DNA of 52,345 nucleotides, from positions 1 to 52,345 of the IMG/VR virus record IMGVR_UViG_3300035070_002843, one strand, 5' to 3'. The notes under the pieces are model-generated. The model was given only the letters and a program-made list of their open reading frames with translations. It did no database searches and was not told the DNA's origin. This DNA is from a virus. Its lineage: Duplodnaviria > Caudoviricetes. The translations under genes and the position numbers were made by a program. Below, one piece after another: positions 21,850 through 32,489 of the stretch (within the stretch, counting starts at the first letter, position 1; each line of letters begins with the position of its first letter).

Positions 21850-22310
21850 TATAGTTCACACGCACCCATAGTAGCTTCAATTATGGTCTTTGCTTTACGA
21901 ATTGCTGCTTTACCTGTTCTATCTTTACTATTCTTAATAATTTTATTCTCAAATAAGTTTAGTTTATAAGTAAACAAATGCTCTTTAAGTTCGGCTTCAC
22001 TTAATTCACTAAACAATGTATCAGCAAGTATTTTAAATCTATCATCATCCGTAGTCAATCCTCTTTTCTTTGCAATAGCAAGGACTTGTTTTTCAAATGC
22101 ATCATTTTGCTCACGGATGTGCTTATATGTATTTTCATGCAATTGATCTATGGTAATATGCGTGAGCAATTTTTCCCATGCCGCATCACCTTCTTTGGCT
22201 TCGGTATACTCAACCTGAATATCTTCGCCCTTATCATCACACCAATAAACCTCAACCGTGGTGCGGTCATTGTTAGAAAAATGAGCTGTGAGTAAATTAT
22301 ATCCTTGCAT
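21825..22310 (-). CDS. Hypothetical protein
   Basis: 161-aa ORF with AAGG upstream, last gene of the minus-strand baseplate run. Confidence 0.7.
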   Translation of the reverse strand: MQGYNLLTAHFSNNDRTTVEVYWCDDKGEDIQVEYTEAKEGDAAWEKLLTHITIDQLHENTYKHIREQNDAFEKQVLAIAKKRGLTTDDDRFKILADTLFSELSEAELKEHLFTYKLNLFENKIIKNSKDRTGKAAIRKAKTIIEATMGACELYQQELDKK

Positions 22311-22328
22311 TTTCTTATTACCTTATAA

Positions 22329-23255
22329 TTAATTGATTTTCAAGAAGTATGTATTTGCAGTTACTGCTGTGCCATTGGGGAATTCTTGAGCACGATAATC
22401 GTCAGTATTAACAGACCTTGTCGTATATTCACCAGCGCCATTTAATATAGTATTAGTCATACCAGAACCCCTATTATTACCCGTTGTATAACTGTAACGT
22501 ATATTTGTTCCTACACCAGCAGCGGCATATCTTACATGATTTTGTAATAGTGTATCGAATAAACTTGTACTAAAAGCTTGTAGATCATCATTTGATGCCG
22601 TTACTCGTAATGGGTTAATATAACTAACGGCCGAACCATCGAGCTTATAGAGATAAAAATTACTAATGTTGGTTGGTTGATCCAATGCTTCACCAATACC
22701 GTCAGCAGTATATAGCGAAGTATCGGCTCTGGTATCTGTAAACACAGGAGTTGCACTTATCAAAGTATGACCACTTAGACCACCAGCATCCGTATGGATA
22801 CGATATGTACCACCTTGCAGAGTGGTTGTGCTACCACTGGTTAAAATGGCAATCGCTGGGTCGATGAACGTATCATACATATCAGTATTACTCATCGGTC
22901 TAAATCCACCATTATAATAATATATTGGATATGAACCTTCAGCACCAGCTGTTGGTTCTGAAACCGATGCAACTGTTTCACTTATCTTGGCAAAGTTAAC
23001 TGTGACCGTTCCAGGTTCTTCTGTTTCTGCTTCAGTCGCAAATCTATCAACTCGTGTTATGGCAGCACCTGCCGATTTACGTGTATCGCTTAAAGTACCA
23101 AGATTACCACCAGAAGCAACTACATCTAATGTGACTGATGGTGCTAATGAATACACATATGAAACTTGGCTGACAATATCAGCAACCTGGCCGGTTGTCA
23201 TTGTTTTTATGGACCCACTTCCGGTATCCCAATATAGTGGTTGTCGCACTGCCAT
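22329..23255 (-). CDS. Putative virion structural (baseplate-associated) protein
   Basis: 308-aa S/T/G-rich beta-type ORF, tightly packed in the late operon. Confidence 0.6.
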   Translation of the reverse strand: MAVRQPLYWDTGSGSIKTMTTGQVADIVSQVSYVYSLAPSVTLDVVASGGNLGTLSDTRKSAGAAITRVDRFATEAETEEPGTVTVNFAKISETVASVSEPTAGAEGSYPIYYYNGGFRPMSNTDMYDTFIDPAIAILTSGSTTTLQGGTYRIHTDAGGLSGHTLISATPVFTDTRADTSLYTADGIGEALDQPTNISNFYLYKLDGSAVSYINPLRVTASNDDLQAFSTSLFDTLLQNHVRYAAAGVGTNIRYSYTTGNNRGSGMTNTILNGAGEYTTRSVNTDDYRAQEFPNGTAVTANTYFLKIN

Positions 23256-23258
23256 AAT

Positions 23259-23759
23259 TTAACTTCCAGGACTATAGATTGTTTTTACTGGGGTTCCAGC
23301 ATCGTCGTAGATTATAAGAGAAACAACAGAATTAAATTTAGCACTAGTGATCGAGGCACCTGCAATTTTATTTGCCGTAACACCAGAAGTGATAATGCTA
23401 AACTTACCTTCACCAAAGTTATAACCAATACCATTGGCGCTATCACTAGCAAAATAACCCTTTACAGTGTCACCATCCGCTGCGCCTACTAGTTTAATAA
23501 TACCAGTGCTACTGCTATAGGTTAATGATAACCCAAGAGCAGAGTCATTGTTGACGGATAATCCACCACGAGAAATTGAAACAATCTCCGATGAGTCATC
23601 AACGTCAATAATTGCTGCTCTTACTGTGTTAATGGCATCAACAACATTATCATCACCCGTGGTTAGTTGTGCAACATCACCAACATCACCCGAGATGGTA
23701 TTGGTTTTAGTGACCAGTGTTGATACTGGATCTGATAGGTTAATTACTGTTACTGCCAT
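23259..23759 (-). CDS. Putative virion structural protein
   Basis: N-terminal INLSD.......KTN.IS..VGD..L.T....VV.AIN pattern of fibre/baseplate attachment domains; GAGG RBS. Confidence 0.55.
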   Translation of the reverse strand: MAVTVINLSDPVSTLVTKTNTISGDVGDVAQLTTGDDNVVDAINTVRAAIIDVDDSSEIVSISRGGLSVNNDSALGLSLTYSSSTGIIKLVGAADGDTVKGYFASDSANGIGYNFGEGKFSIITSGVTANKIAGASITSAKFNSVVSLIIYDDAGTPVKTIYSPGS

Positions 23760-23964
23760 TTTTTTCCTCTAGCATTCTCAATAGAATATTTTTGATGTCC
23801 GAGATATCATTTTCTAGTTGTTCAATCTTAGACTGATTTTTTCTTACGACTGCCTTGGCTCTCCTTGCAGTATCTATTTGATTTTTATTTATATTCAAAA
23901 TAGCACCGGATACCGGATCCCTTACGAGACCCGGATGACCGTCAACCTTAATCAATTTACTCAT
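23740..23964 (-). CDS. Small conserved T4-like protein with C-terminal coiled coil
   Basis: IKV.GH..LVRD..SGAILN motif; coupled to the upstream stop (TAATG). Confidence 0.7.
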   Translation of the reverse strand: MSKLIKVDGHPGLVRDPVSGAILNINKNQIDTARRAKAVVRKNQSKIEQLENDISDIKNILLRMLEEKNGSNSN

Positions 23965-26900
23965 TATGTGGCCAATGCAATAATTCTCAAGTCTCTAATC
24001 TTTGGAACTCTAGAACTATTAGTCGAGGTCATTACAATCTTAACCTGGTATGTGGTAAATGGTGCCAAGGTACCAGTAATACCACCAGCCAAGTATTCAT
24101 ACTCTCTATAAGTAGTTCTATCATTATCGGCTGGTAGGATAGTTTCCTTATCAACCAAGATCCAAAGTTTATCATCCAAAACATCGTCACCCGTACCGAC
24201 CTTATAGTAAACTTCAAAGTCGGCCTCAGTTGGTCTGTTTGCAGATAGTAGAATCTTAATGCCAACTGCTGGTTCCTGCAATGTAACTTGCTTGGTAATA
24301 TGTTTTGCAGCAGTTGATCCTTCCGTGGGATCCGTTTCTGCCACATACACCAACGGTACATTATAACCATTCGTGAGTGAAGCGTCTTGTTTATCAATTA
24401 CATTTTCAGTCAAGAGCAATGACGTTCTCTGCAAATCAATAACAGGGGTTACATTAGTATCCTCAGTGGTTAAATCAAGTTTAATGGTTGCAGATTTGGC
24501 ACCAGCTAAGAACTTTGTCTGACTTGCCGTAGTCAATATAACCTTAGGCTCAGTTGTAAAGTTAACACTGTTCAATGAAATTGGTGTATAAGCAGCGGCC
24601 TTGCCTCTCGTATTAGTACCTGTAGTTCTATTCTTACTTCCTGCGTATGAACCGCCTGATGTTAATTTACCGGTTGCAATAATATCGGTTCCTTCTGGCA
24701 ATAAGGTCTGAACCACTGGAATGAATTCATCAAAGTGTGCTTGTTGATTAACAATAATACCATCACCACCACCACGCAGTGTGGTATCTGCTTGTGAATC
24801 CGCACCAATGGTGAATCCAGTCCAATCAACACCAGTAATAACTCTACTACCATTAATACTTGAAGGTGCTATACCACCAATACTATCCTCGGCAAAGTCT
24901 GCTACCGTGACAATATCACCAGTAATAAAACCATGACCTTGTAAGTAAATATGTACATCAGAGTCACCAGCATCTGTACGAATTGGATTTGTAGCCAACA
25001 ACTCGTTTGGTGGTGGTCCATTCTCAAGCAATGCACTACCAGTAGATGTAAATGTGGCTTTATGCAATATAAACATCAAGTCACGAGTTTGATCTGCAGT
25101 CCATGTAGCCGAGTTTTGTGATTGGAACAACGAACCCAATGTTGGTTGTTTACTAACACGAGCAGCTGTGGTGCCTAATAGGAACTCATAGGTTTTAGCA
25201 ACATAAACATTGTAGTCAGTGGTTTCTGCTTTTAACACAATGGCGTATTGACCACCAGGAGATAAGAAAATAGGCTCAGCAAACGTAAACGTTGTTGCCG
25301 CTGCCCTTACGGAAGCAATATCATCAGTATCGGCAGGTATATTAATATCTGCGGGAAGTAGTGTAGCCGATCCAAGAACTATTTGTGTTGGGTAACCATT
25401 TTCTACTGTAACAAGCTCACATATTACTGGGATTACCGCGTCCTTGGTTGCAAAATATATACTAGTTTGTGTTAGGAACATTCCATTTGGATATTCTACT
25501 CTATCAACAAAAAAGGATTGAGCCAAAGGATCACCTGGTCCTCCCTCAGCGCCGGAGCCACCGAAGTCAGAGGATGTTTGTGCTGGTACTGGCATTGATA
25601 TTATACCAATAATATTTCTTGTAGATCTAAATGTTCTTTGTCTTGTTTCAATTGTACCTGATGCTGAATATAGTGCCCTTGTCTCTGATACAGCATTGGC
25701 CTCATTGTTACCAGATACATCAAGAAGTTTAAATTCAGCAAGGCCTGTTCTAAATCTAATACTTCTTGTTGAAGGAAGGAAGAATGAACCGATCAACTCA
25801 CCGGCAGCATCAGTAATCAAATTGCCACTACCATCTGGATGTGCAGTAGCGTTGGAAAATTCATTACCAAAATCTGTATCAGTAGAACTAAATAATGTAA
25901 ATGTCGATTCCTCTCTACACCAAGAACTTACATCCGTATTATTAAAGTAAGGAAAGTATCTGGTGTTGGGTCTTAATCCAATGGATTTGAATTGGATCTT
26001 TTTAGATCTCATCCAAGGTGCTACTTGAATATCGACAATGGTATTGGATGTGAGTTGTCTAACTACATTGCTTGAGGTTTGAACGAAAGTCCCACCCGGC
26101 CAATTTCCACCTCTAATAGTCCGGGTAGTGCCACCATTTACAATAACATCGGTTTCAAACCGTGTTTCAATCCACTCGTCTGATGATGGTGACAGAACAG
26201 TATAACCATTTTGTGTGATAACCGCAAATGGGTTAATATTCATTGTCTCTGTTGCAAGATTCTGATTTACCAATACCGTATTTGTATATGGTAGTGTAAT
26301 CAAATCACCCGACCGCATTACAGTATTACCCACGTTATCAGAATCGTAGATTAATCTAATATTCTTTGCAACAAATGGTGTATTCAATGTGTTATCGCTT
26401 GGATCCATTGACGCTCTATATCTATCACCAACCTCAGCAAATGAAGTGTCAGCAAAATTATCAGCAAGGAATCCAGACTTTGTTCTTGGATTTCCATTCT
26501 CATCCAATACTAATTGAATTGCCGTACTGTTCTCTAATATAGAGAGTGTAGTGTACTCTTCAAGATTATTAATTCTTTTCTCAAGCTTACCAATGTCTTG
26601 CATTGTATAACGCTTATGGTCTACAAAGGTAACCGTTAAATCAGAATCACTTACGGTGTATGGGTTTAATTCAAAATTATAAAGCTCCATAGAACCTGAA
26701 GGTATCTGTGGATACGACGGTTGGAAATCTGGCACACCTCGAATGTACTTTGCCTCAGCTCTATTTGTTTTAATATTACTTTCTACACGTCTGATAACGA
26801 GCGTATCATTTCTAGGTAAATAATAATCAACGTCTACGTCAATAGAGTTTGTATTCTGTGGCAAGAGTGAAATAAAGTCCTGGTCTTCAATAAAGGTTCC

Positions 26901-29003
26901 AGTAGAATCCACAGTTGGTCTAAAATCCAAAACATCCGTCAGTTGAATAATTTCGCCATTGTTCTTGCGATAACTAGGTATTTGATTATAATTAATACTT
27001 GCGTATGAATTTACACTAAAGAAATGACCTGGATCATGTTGGAAGTGACGATATTGGATATACACATCCGCTGTGGGTACGGCTAAACCAGTCTTTTGGA
27101 TTAATCGGCCACGTGCATAGAAATTATCTCTTTGGCCATTGTCGAAAATAAAGTTTTCAGATAAATCTCTACCTGTGGCGTTGTTTAGTCTAACATTTAA
27201 AATATCAATTGCATCAGCTCTATCTAGGTTTAACCAAGTTAGGCCGTTGCCGTCTGAATCAGCCGCGCCGGGCCATGCCTTAGTCAAGGTCCGTGTTGCT
27301 ACCGATTTTGCTCTCGTGACTGGTGTTGCAACATCAACCATTGCAATAAGTTCATACACAGTGGAATTTTCAAGACCTGTGATATTGACAGTGGTACCTG
27401 TTGGAGCACCAGCAAGAGTAAATGATGCCGAAGTTGCTGTGATACTACCATCCAACTTTGTGATAATCCAATCACCCGTATCGGTGAATGTCAGGCCAGA
27501 GCCACCAAAACTACCAGCGGTTTCCGTATATGTACCCGAACCACTTGATGTGAATTGATACCTTCTTTGAACTTTAAGATTGTTTACTGTAACCCCATTG
27601 CTCGTTGGCCTGTTATTCGGCAACGGAAATAATAGTGAATTATTTGCAGTCTCTTGAAGTAAAGCAATACCATCGGTTTGCTCAATATCAAAATATGAAT
27701 TGCTGCTATCACCAAGACTCTTCGCAGAGGAGAAGCTTTGACCGGGGTTTACTTTAATATCAAATAGATAGTGTCGAATCTTGCTTTGATTTCGTTCAAC
27801 TGCCCGTACCCTAGCAGTACCGATTGTACTGCCACCGTGAGTTACGGCGGATCTTAAATTAAGTTCTTGAAAACTATTAATATTGGGCAGACCCGCGCAA
27901 GCAGAATCTGAGAGTTGATTTACGTAGTTACCGTATTGTGCTACAACATTCTCACCCACAACTGATGTAAAGGTTTGTGCCTTAGGAATTGTGAGAGTTG
28001 TGATTGGTGACTCAAGTCGATAGCCGTCAACATACGCAACGCCACTAGAAACATTGAGTGTTAAGTTAGAATCATTTAAATCCTCAAACCTAGCAGTAAT
28101 TGGGTTAACAATATAATCACCAGATTCTTCTCTGGTTCGTTGAGCCATTAACTCATTAATTTTATTATATTCGTTAGTTCCAGTGGCCTCCGAGGACACC
28201 CTTCCATTTACAACTCGAGCAATAAACAAGAAATTATCTGCCGAATCAACCTCATCTCTTATAGTAAGTGTGAGTCTAATTCTATAACGATCCGCGCCAG
28301 GTGCTGCCGTATTCGGCACTGCCCCTTGATTATCATAGAGCGCTGAGTTATCAGTCGCTGTTACAATATCCTCGGTGATGAGGAAACCTAAGTCTGCTGT
28401 GGGGTTTGAAGTATACTTGCTAATAAAATACGTTTGTTTTTCAGCAAATACAAAATGGTCTTTAGTAAAATATTCACCAGAAGCAACAGCACCAATAGTA
28501 CCAATACCAGTAGCGCCTGAGGCTTCCAGTGTAAATGTATAGGTCCCATTGGAAATATCAGAACCGTTTGGAACTCTAATGGTGGTATCACCTGCTGGAG
28601 CATCTGCTGTATCAATATACTTAACGTACAACGTCGCAGGGTCACCAGTTAAGGCATCTGCAGCAACGACTTGCAACACTTTCACGGTGATATTGGTATC
28701 TGCCGTGGTAAAATCTTCACCTACTAAATCAACATCAGGTAATTGATTTATTGAGGTATCAAGTCTTAGGTACTCGTATCTATTGTTTACAGTAATGCCA
28801 CCAGGGCTAACCATTGCGCCTTCATTAAATATGTTACGGGCAAATCTTCCAATCTCTGATTGGATAATAGTCTGAAGTTGAGTTAACTCTCTAGCCTGAA
28901 GTGTCTTACCGCTATTAAATAGAATCCTATAATAATTATCACTGTCGCGATAATCATCCTTATAGGTATTAGCAAATGTGTTGGATGTAAATGTCGTTGC
29001 CAT
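23964..29003 (-). CDS. Large baseplate/virion protein, VrlC-like (DUF4815-type), 1679 aa
   Basis: Y.DDY....NYYRILF..G..LQARELTQLQT, APGADR, YTM.DIGKLEKRI.NLE.YT.LS.LE and DPLAQSF motifs. Confidence 0.85.
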   Translation of the reverse strand: MATTFTSNTFANTYKDDYRDSDNYYRILFNSGKTLQARELTQLQTIIQSEIGRFARNIFNEGAMVSPGGITVNNRYEYLRLDTSINQLPDVDLVGEDFTTADTNITVKVLQVVAADALTGDPATLYVKYIDTADAPAGDTTIRVPNGSDISNGTYTFTLEASGATGIGTIGAVASGEYFTKDHFVFAEKQTYFISKYTSNPTADLGFLITEDIVTATDNSALYDNQGAVPNTAAPGADRYRIRLTLTIRDEVDSADNFLFIARVVNGRVSSEATGTNEYNKINELMAQRTREESGDYIVNPITARFEDLNDSNLTLNVSSGVAYVDGYRLESPITTLTIPKAQTFTSVVGENVVAQYGNYVNQLSDSACAGLPNINSFQELNLRSAVTHGGSTIGTARVRAVERNQSKIRHYLFDIKVNPGQSFSSAKSLGDSSNSYFDIEQTDGIALLQETANNSLLFPLPNNRPTSNGVTVNNLKVQRRYQFTSSGSGTYTETAGSFGGSGLTFTDTGDWIITKLDGSITATSASFTLAGAPTGTTVNITGLENSTVYELIAMVDVATPVTRAKSVATRTLTKAWPGAADSDGNGLTWLNLDRADAIDILNVRLNNATGRDLSENFIFDNGQRDNFYARGRLIQKTGLAVPTADVYIQYRHFQHDPGHFFSVNSYASINYNQIPSYRKNNGEIIQLTDVLDFRPTVDSTGTFIEDQDFISLLPQNTNSIDVDVDYYLPRNDTLVIRRVESNIKTNRAEAKYIRGVPDFQPSYPQIPSGSMELYNFELNPYTVSDSDLTVTFVDHKRYTMQDIGKLEKRINNLEEYTTLSILENSTAIQLVLDENGNPRTKSGFLADNFADTSFAEVGDRYRASMDPSDNTLNTPFVAKNIRLIYDSDNVGNTVMRSGDLITLPYTNTVLVNQNLATETMNINPFAVITQNGYTVLSPSSDEWIETRFETDVIVNGGTTRTIRGGNWPGGTFVQTSSNVVRQLTSNTIVDIQVAPWMRSKKIQFKSIGLRPNTRYFPYFNNTDVSSWCREESTFTLFSSTDTDFGNEFSNATAHPDGSGNLITDAAGELIGSFFLPSTRSIRFRTGLAEFKLLDVSGNNEANAVSETRALYSASGTIETRQRTFRSTRNIIGIISMPVPAQTSSDFGGSGAEGGPGDPLAQSFFVDRVEYPNGMFLTQTSIYFATKDAVIPVICELVTVENGYPTQIVLGSATLLPADINIPADTDDIASVRAAATTFTFAEPIFLSPGGQYAIVLKAETTDYNVYVAKTYEFLLGTTAARVSKQPTLGSLFQSQNSATWTADQTRDLMFILHKATFTSTGSALLENGPPPNELLATNPIRTDAGDSDVHIYLQGHGFITGDIVTVADFAEDSIGGIAPSSINGSRVITGVDWTGFTIGADSQADTTLRGGGDGIIVNQQAHFDEFIPVVQTLLPEGTDIIATGKLTSGGSYAGSKNRTTGTNTRGKAAAYTPISLNSVNFTTEPKVILTTASQTKFLAGAKSATIKLDLTTEDTNVTPVIDLQRTSLLLTENVIDKQDASLTNGYNVPLVYVAETDPTEGSTAAKHITKQVTLQEPAVGIKILLSANRPTEADFEVYYKVGTGDDVLDDKLWILVDKETILPADNDRTTYREYEYLAGGITGTLAPFTTYQVKIVMTSTNSSRVPKIRDLRIIALAT

Positions 29004-29014
29004 GTATAATTGCC

Positions 29015-30388
29015 TTAGAATGTAAGAATAACTTTAATATCTTCAGTTTGAGCAGGATCTCTTAAAATACGAGCTCTATTTTCTATGTATAAGAGATCTC
29101 CGGACTGTGCATCTACCTGACCACCGAAACCGATACTATCCTGAGCATTCACAACGGTTGCAGTACCACCACCATCATCAGTAATGGTTTCACCACTACC
29201 GAATGTGCCGAAACCCGTGGTTTCGTTTTGATGATAAAATACCGTAGTACCACTGATTTGGTCAATATACGCACTTGCTGAATCACCAGACATTAAGTTA
29301 TCAATGGCTAGTGTTCCGGCGTTATCAACTCTGAGTGCTTTTAATGCCTTGCCGGAAGTTCCGTCAAATAATCCATCACTATCTTTCCACTCAAGATTTT
29401 TCATTAAAAGAATTTGTCTAAAATCTTGTCCAGTTAAGAATGTACCTGATTCGTCACCGGCCGGTTTTGATACAACCATAATGGATGTTGATAACAAGTC
29501 AATTACTGGATCATAGCCAATACCACGTATTGTTGAAATAATAGGACGCACAGCTGCGGGTACTGATGGACTGCCGCCAGTAAGCTCAATACTACTGTAA
29601 AGATAACCACTACCTAATGAAGCACTTTCATTATTCATTTCAATCTTTACCACGGACCCATTGTTTATTGTTGCCGTTGCCTGCGCGCCCGAACCGTCAC
29701 CCCTAAAAGTAACTGTCGGAGCAGTAGCATAACCAGCACCACCATTGGTGATTGAAACGCCAGTAATTTGACCACCCACTGCTGCTTCTTTAACTTGTGC
29801 TTGTTGAATTTCAAATGTGTTTAATCCAACAGTGCCTGAGGAATCCGTAATGAATTGAGTCGGTATGTAGTTTGATGATAGAAAATTATTTGCCTTTGTT
29901 GGGCTTAATGCATATAAAAATTTCCATCGATACCCATCTGCCGTTTCAAATGCTTGTGTCTGTGTGACACCAGCAGAAGTATAATTTGGCTTAACAATAG
30001 AGTTAACAGCAATGCCTAGTGAGTTACGACCTTGCTGCAAACAGATATACACCTCATTATCCTCGGTAAGCACATAATAAGTATTTGCAGGAATATCTGC
30101 ATACGTATCACTCCAACCAGAGTACACAGTGCCTGAAGCCCAGTTATACCGAGGTACCACAAATGATGCACCACCAGATGTAATTTGTTTTACTGATTGA
30201 AGATTTGCCCTAGCTATTCTTTGTTCTCTTAAAGAATTTACTGGTGTAACTACGGTATCACTCGAGTCGTATTGATCCGATTTACCCACGCCAATAAAGT
30301 AGCTATTGTTTCCTGCTGTATCCAAAACCTCTGTTAAAAGAGTATCAGCCGTTTGTCTTCTCAGCGTATCAGTAATAATTGCTGCCAT
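29015..30388 (-). CDS. gp8: Baseplate wedge subunit
   Basis: VVPR.NW.SG..Y, YV......VY.CL, T.DGY.WKFLY, C-terminal SG..LYIENR..I.R...Q.EDIK. Confidence 0.9.
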   Translation of the reverse strand: MAAIITDTLRRQTADTLLTEVLDTAGNNSYFIGVGKSDQYDSSDTVVTPVNSLREQRIARANLQSVKQITSGGASFVVPRYNWASGTVYSGWSDTYADIPANTYYVLTEDNEVYICLQQGRNSLGIAVNSIVKPNYTSAGVTQTQAFETADGYRWKFLYALSPTKANNFLSSNYIPTQFITDSSGTVGLNTFEIQQAQVKEAAVGGQITGVSITNGGAGYATAPTVTFRGDGSGAQATATINNGSVVKIEMNNESASLGSGYLYSSIELTGGSPSVPAAVRPIISTIRGIGYDPVIDLLSTSIMVVSKPAGDESGTFLTGQDFRQILLMKNLEWKDSDGLFDGTSGKALKALRVDNAGTLAIDNLMSGDSASAYIDQISGTTVFYHQNETTGFGTFGSGETITDDGGGTATVVNAQDSIGFGGQVDAQSGDLLYIENRARILRDPAQTEDIKVILTF

Positions 30389-30400
30389 TTTTATTCCCTA

Positions 30401-31216
30401 TTATGCTATTGTTGCGCCGTAATGACCAGACACATACCAATTGGTTCCGTCCCATACGAGTGTTGCTGCATCATATTGATCCAAGGCAACAGTGGTACCT
30501 TGTGCAAAACTTGCTGGTGTAATTGTCGCGATACCAACACCTTTATTGGTAAAGATTTTAGACTCACCGATTAATGTACCATTTGCTAAAGTAACGGCCA
30601 GTGCTGTGGCTTTATTACAAATGATGTATGATGTGTTTGCCGATGCCGCGCCGTTAGCCGTAATCTCAGTAGATGAAAATGCTACCTTACTCATACGAAC
30701 AGAACCAGTGCCTTTAGCATCAAGTCTTAAGTTAATATTCGTATCACCACCAGTAGCACTAACGATAACTGGGTTACCGGTCGAATTGTTTGAGACTGTA
30801 ATCTCATTTACCGCAGACGCCACGGTTGTAAACTTAATTAACTCATTGCTATTTGCATCGTTAATAGTTGGTGCCGTAATTGTTGGCGCACTAATAGTAG
30901 GACTGGTTAGTGTTTTATTTGTTAGTGTCTGCGTCGCGGAAGTGACGACAATAGTACCACCCGCATCAGGCAATAGAATAACTCTATCAGCAGTGGGATT
31001 AACCACAGCTAATCGTGTTTCAAAATCATCAGTACTGGAACCTTCAAATGCAATCGCACTATCCTCTAAAGAAATTTGTGAATTAAGTGAATTACTATCA
31101 CCAATCCAGTTGAAAAGTTCTATAAAGTTACTATTAATTTTTTGGCCAGCACTGCGTAGTGTGTCACCTGTGCCATCATTGGCAGAAGAGCCTACAGAAA
31201 TACTTTGTCTTGTCAT
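30401..31216 (-). CDS. gp9: Baseplate wedge tail-fibre connector (gp9/gp10-type N-terminus)
   Basis: RQ.I.VG..ANDGTGD.LR..G.KIN.NF.EL N-terminal motif. Confidence 0.7.
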   Translation of the reverse strand: MTRQSISVGSSANDGTGDTLRSAGQKINSNFIELFNWIGDSNSLNSQISLEDSAIAFEGSSTDDFETRLAVVNPTADRVILLPDAGGTIVVTSATQTLTNKTLTSPTISAPTITAPTINDANSNELIKFTTVASAVNEITVSNNSTGNPVIVSATGGDTNINLRLDAKGTGSVRMSKVAFSSTEITANGAASANTSYIICNKATALAVTLANGTLIGESKIFTNKGVGIATITPASFAQGTTVALDQYDAATLVWDGTNWYVSGHYGATIA

Positions 31217-31245
31217 ATCTTATTCCGTTTGGATAAATCAATTTA

Positions 31246-31253
31246 TATTTATA
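31246..31253 (-). promoter_or_regulatory. Late promoter TATAAATA
   Basis: Exact consensus just after the upstream stop codon, ahead of 31216. Confidence 0.75.
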
Positions 31254-32489
31254 TTAGAAAGTTGAATCGCTAAGGTAACGCGTAAACATATCGTTATCCA
31301 TTGTTTCGAGTGATAGTGAAAAATCAGCTCCACTTATTATACCTGATCCAAGTAATAAAGGTGCGAATTTAACAGTATCGGATAGAAGCTTAGGTTTAAA
31401 TACATTATCAATATATGGTGCATAAGGTGAAGATGAACCATTGGTGAGGTAATTACTCCAAGCTCCGGCATCGGATGCCGTCAGTGTACCAGTATTGTTA
31501 ATATCACCAAGAATTCTACCTGCGCCGTCGCTTTCGTCTTCTAACAAAGGTTCGTATGTTGGATCCCCGACACTTGCCAAAAGCAAGAAGCTTCCCATAT
31601 CAGAATCATTTACCGCCGATCGAGCATTATCAAAGGTGAAAGAGTTGGGTGTAACCAGTGTTGCAATTGTACCATAAAATCCATCCAACTGAGTTAGTGT
31701 TACATCCTTATAGGCACTAATAATCTGAGATATATTGAATCTATAATCAGCCAATGTATCACCATTAGAATCCCATAGTGCAGTTGTTTCTGTAAACGCA
31801 GTGTTTAGTGTAATGAAACCTTCTGATGATAAGACCAATGCCGTTGATGGCACCGCCAATGGATCTTCACTGAAACTGGTTAAACCCAATGCTTTTTCAG
31901 TTTGTGTAATTACTTGACCCTGATAATAAAAACCAGCAGGGTGTACAAATTTTAAATATAGGTCACGCCAATCAGCAGTTGAGAATGGTGTCTTAATTAA
32001 TAGTGAAAACGTTTGGTATAAGGCATTATCTTGGATAAATTTTAGTGATTCGTAACCTACTTTTGAATCACCTATTGTAAATAGATCTCTTTTTGGATAA
32101 TCAACAACAACATTTTCACCAAAAAATCCTCTAAAGAATCCTTCAATTGATGCAAGGGAACCTTTTACTCTATAAAACTTGGCTAATAGAGCTGTCATCA
32201 ATCTTGGGTTATCAAAGAAACTGGATGATTTTAAACCGTTACCGAATTCTTCAACAAGAAAGTCCAGACTCGCTTCATCCGTTTGCTCAGGATCTCTTGA
32301 AACAAATAAGTTATTGATCTGAGTTTTAAATGAATCCCTATTCTCACCCTCTAGATACTCATAATACTTCTCTAAAAATAAAAGTAAGTTAGGATATGAT
32401 TCTTGGAAATACTCTGGCAGTACCTCCCTTACTTTACTTTGAGAGAAACTTAAGTTTCTTCTTTCTAAATCTTCTGCTGGATTAATCAT
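31254..32489 (-). CDS. gp7: Baseplate wedge initiator-like protein (compact gp7)
   Basis: LPEYF...YP....FLE.YYE.L, FY..KGS..SI..FFR..FGE, QD...YQ.FS and VHPAG motifs; directly follows gp6. Confidence 0.7.
   Translation of the reverse strand: MINPAEDLERRNLSFSQSKVREVLPEYFQESYPNLLLFLEKYYEYLEGENRDSFKTQINNLFVSRDPEQTDEASLDFLVEEFGNGLKSSSFFDNPRLMTALLAKFYRVKGSLASIEGFFRGFFGENVVVDYPKRDLFTIGDSKVGYESLKFIQDNALYQTFSLLIKTPFSTADWRDLYLKFVHPAGFYYQGQVITQTEKALGLTSFSEDPLAVPSTALVLSSEGFITLNTAFTETTALWDSNGDTLADYRFNISQIISAYKDVTLTQLDGFYGTIATLVTPNSFTFDNARSAVNDSDMGSFLLLASVGDPTYEPLLEDESDGAGRILGDINNTGTLTASDAGAWSNYLTNGSSSPYAPYIDNVFKPKLLSDTVKFAPLLLGSGIISGADFSLSLETMDNDMFTRYLSDSTF

Noticed and set aside
30492-31265. Long antisense ORFs (also 36817-37407, 38080-38538, 46478-47980, 9083-9478, 12053-12421)
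   Set aside because: Shadow frames opposite recognisable genes, explained by codon bias; no RBS or recognisable motifs.
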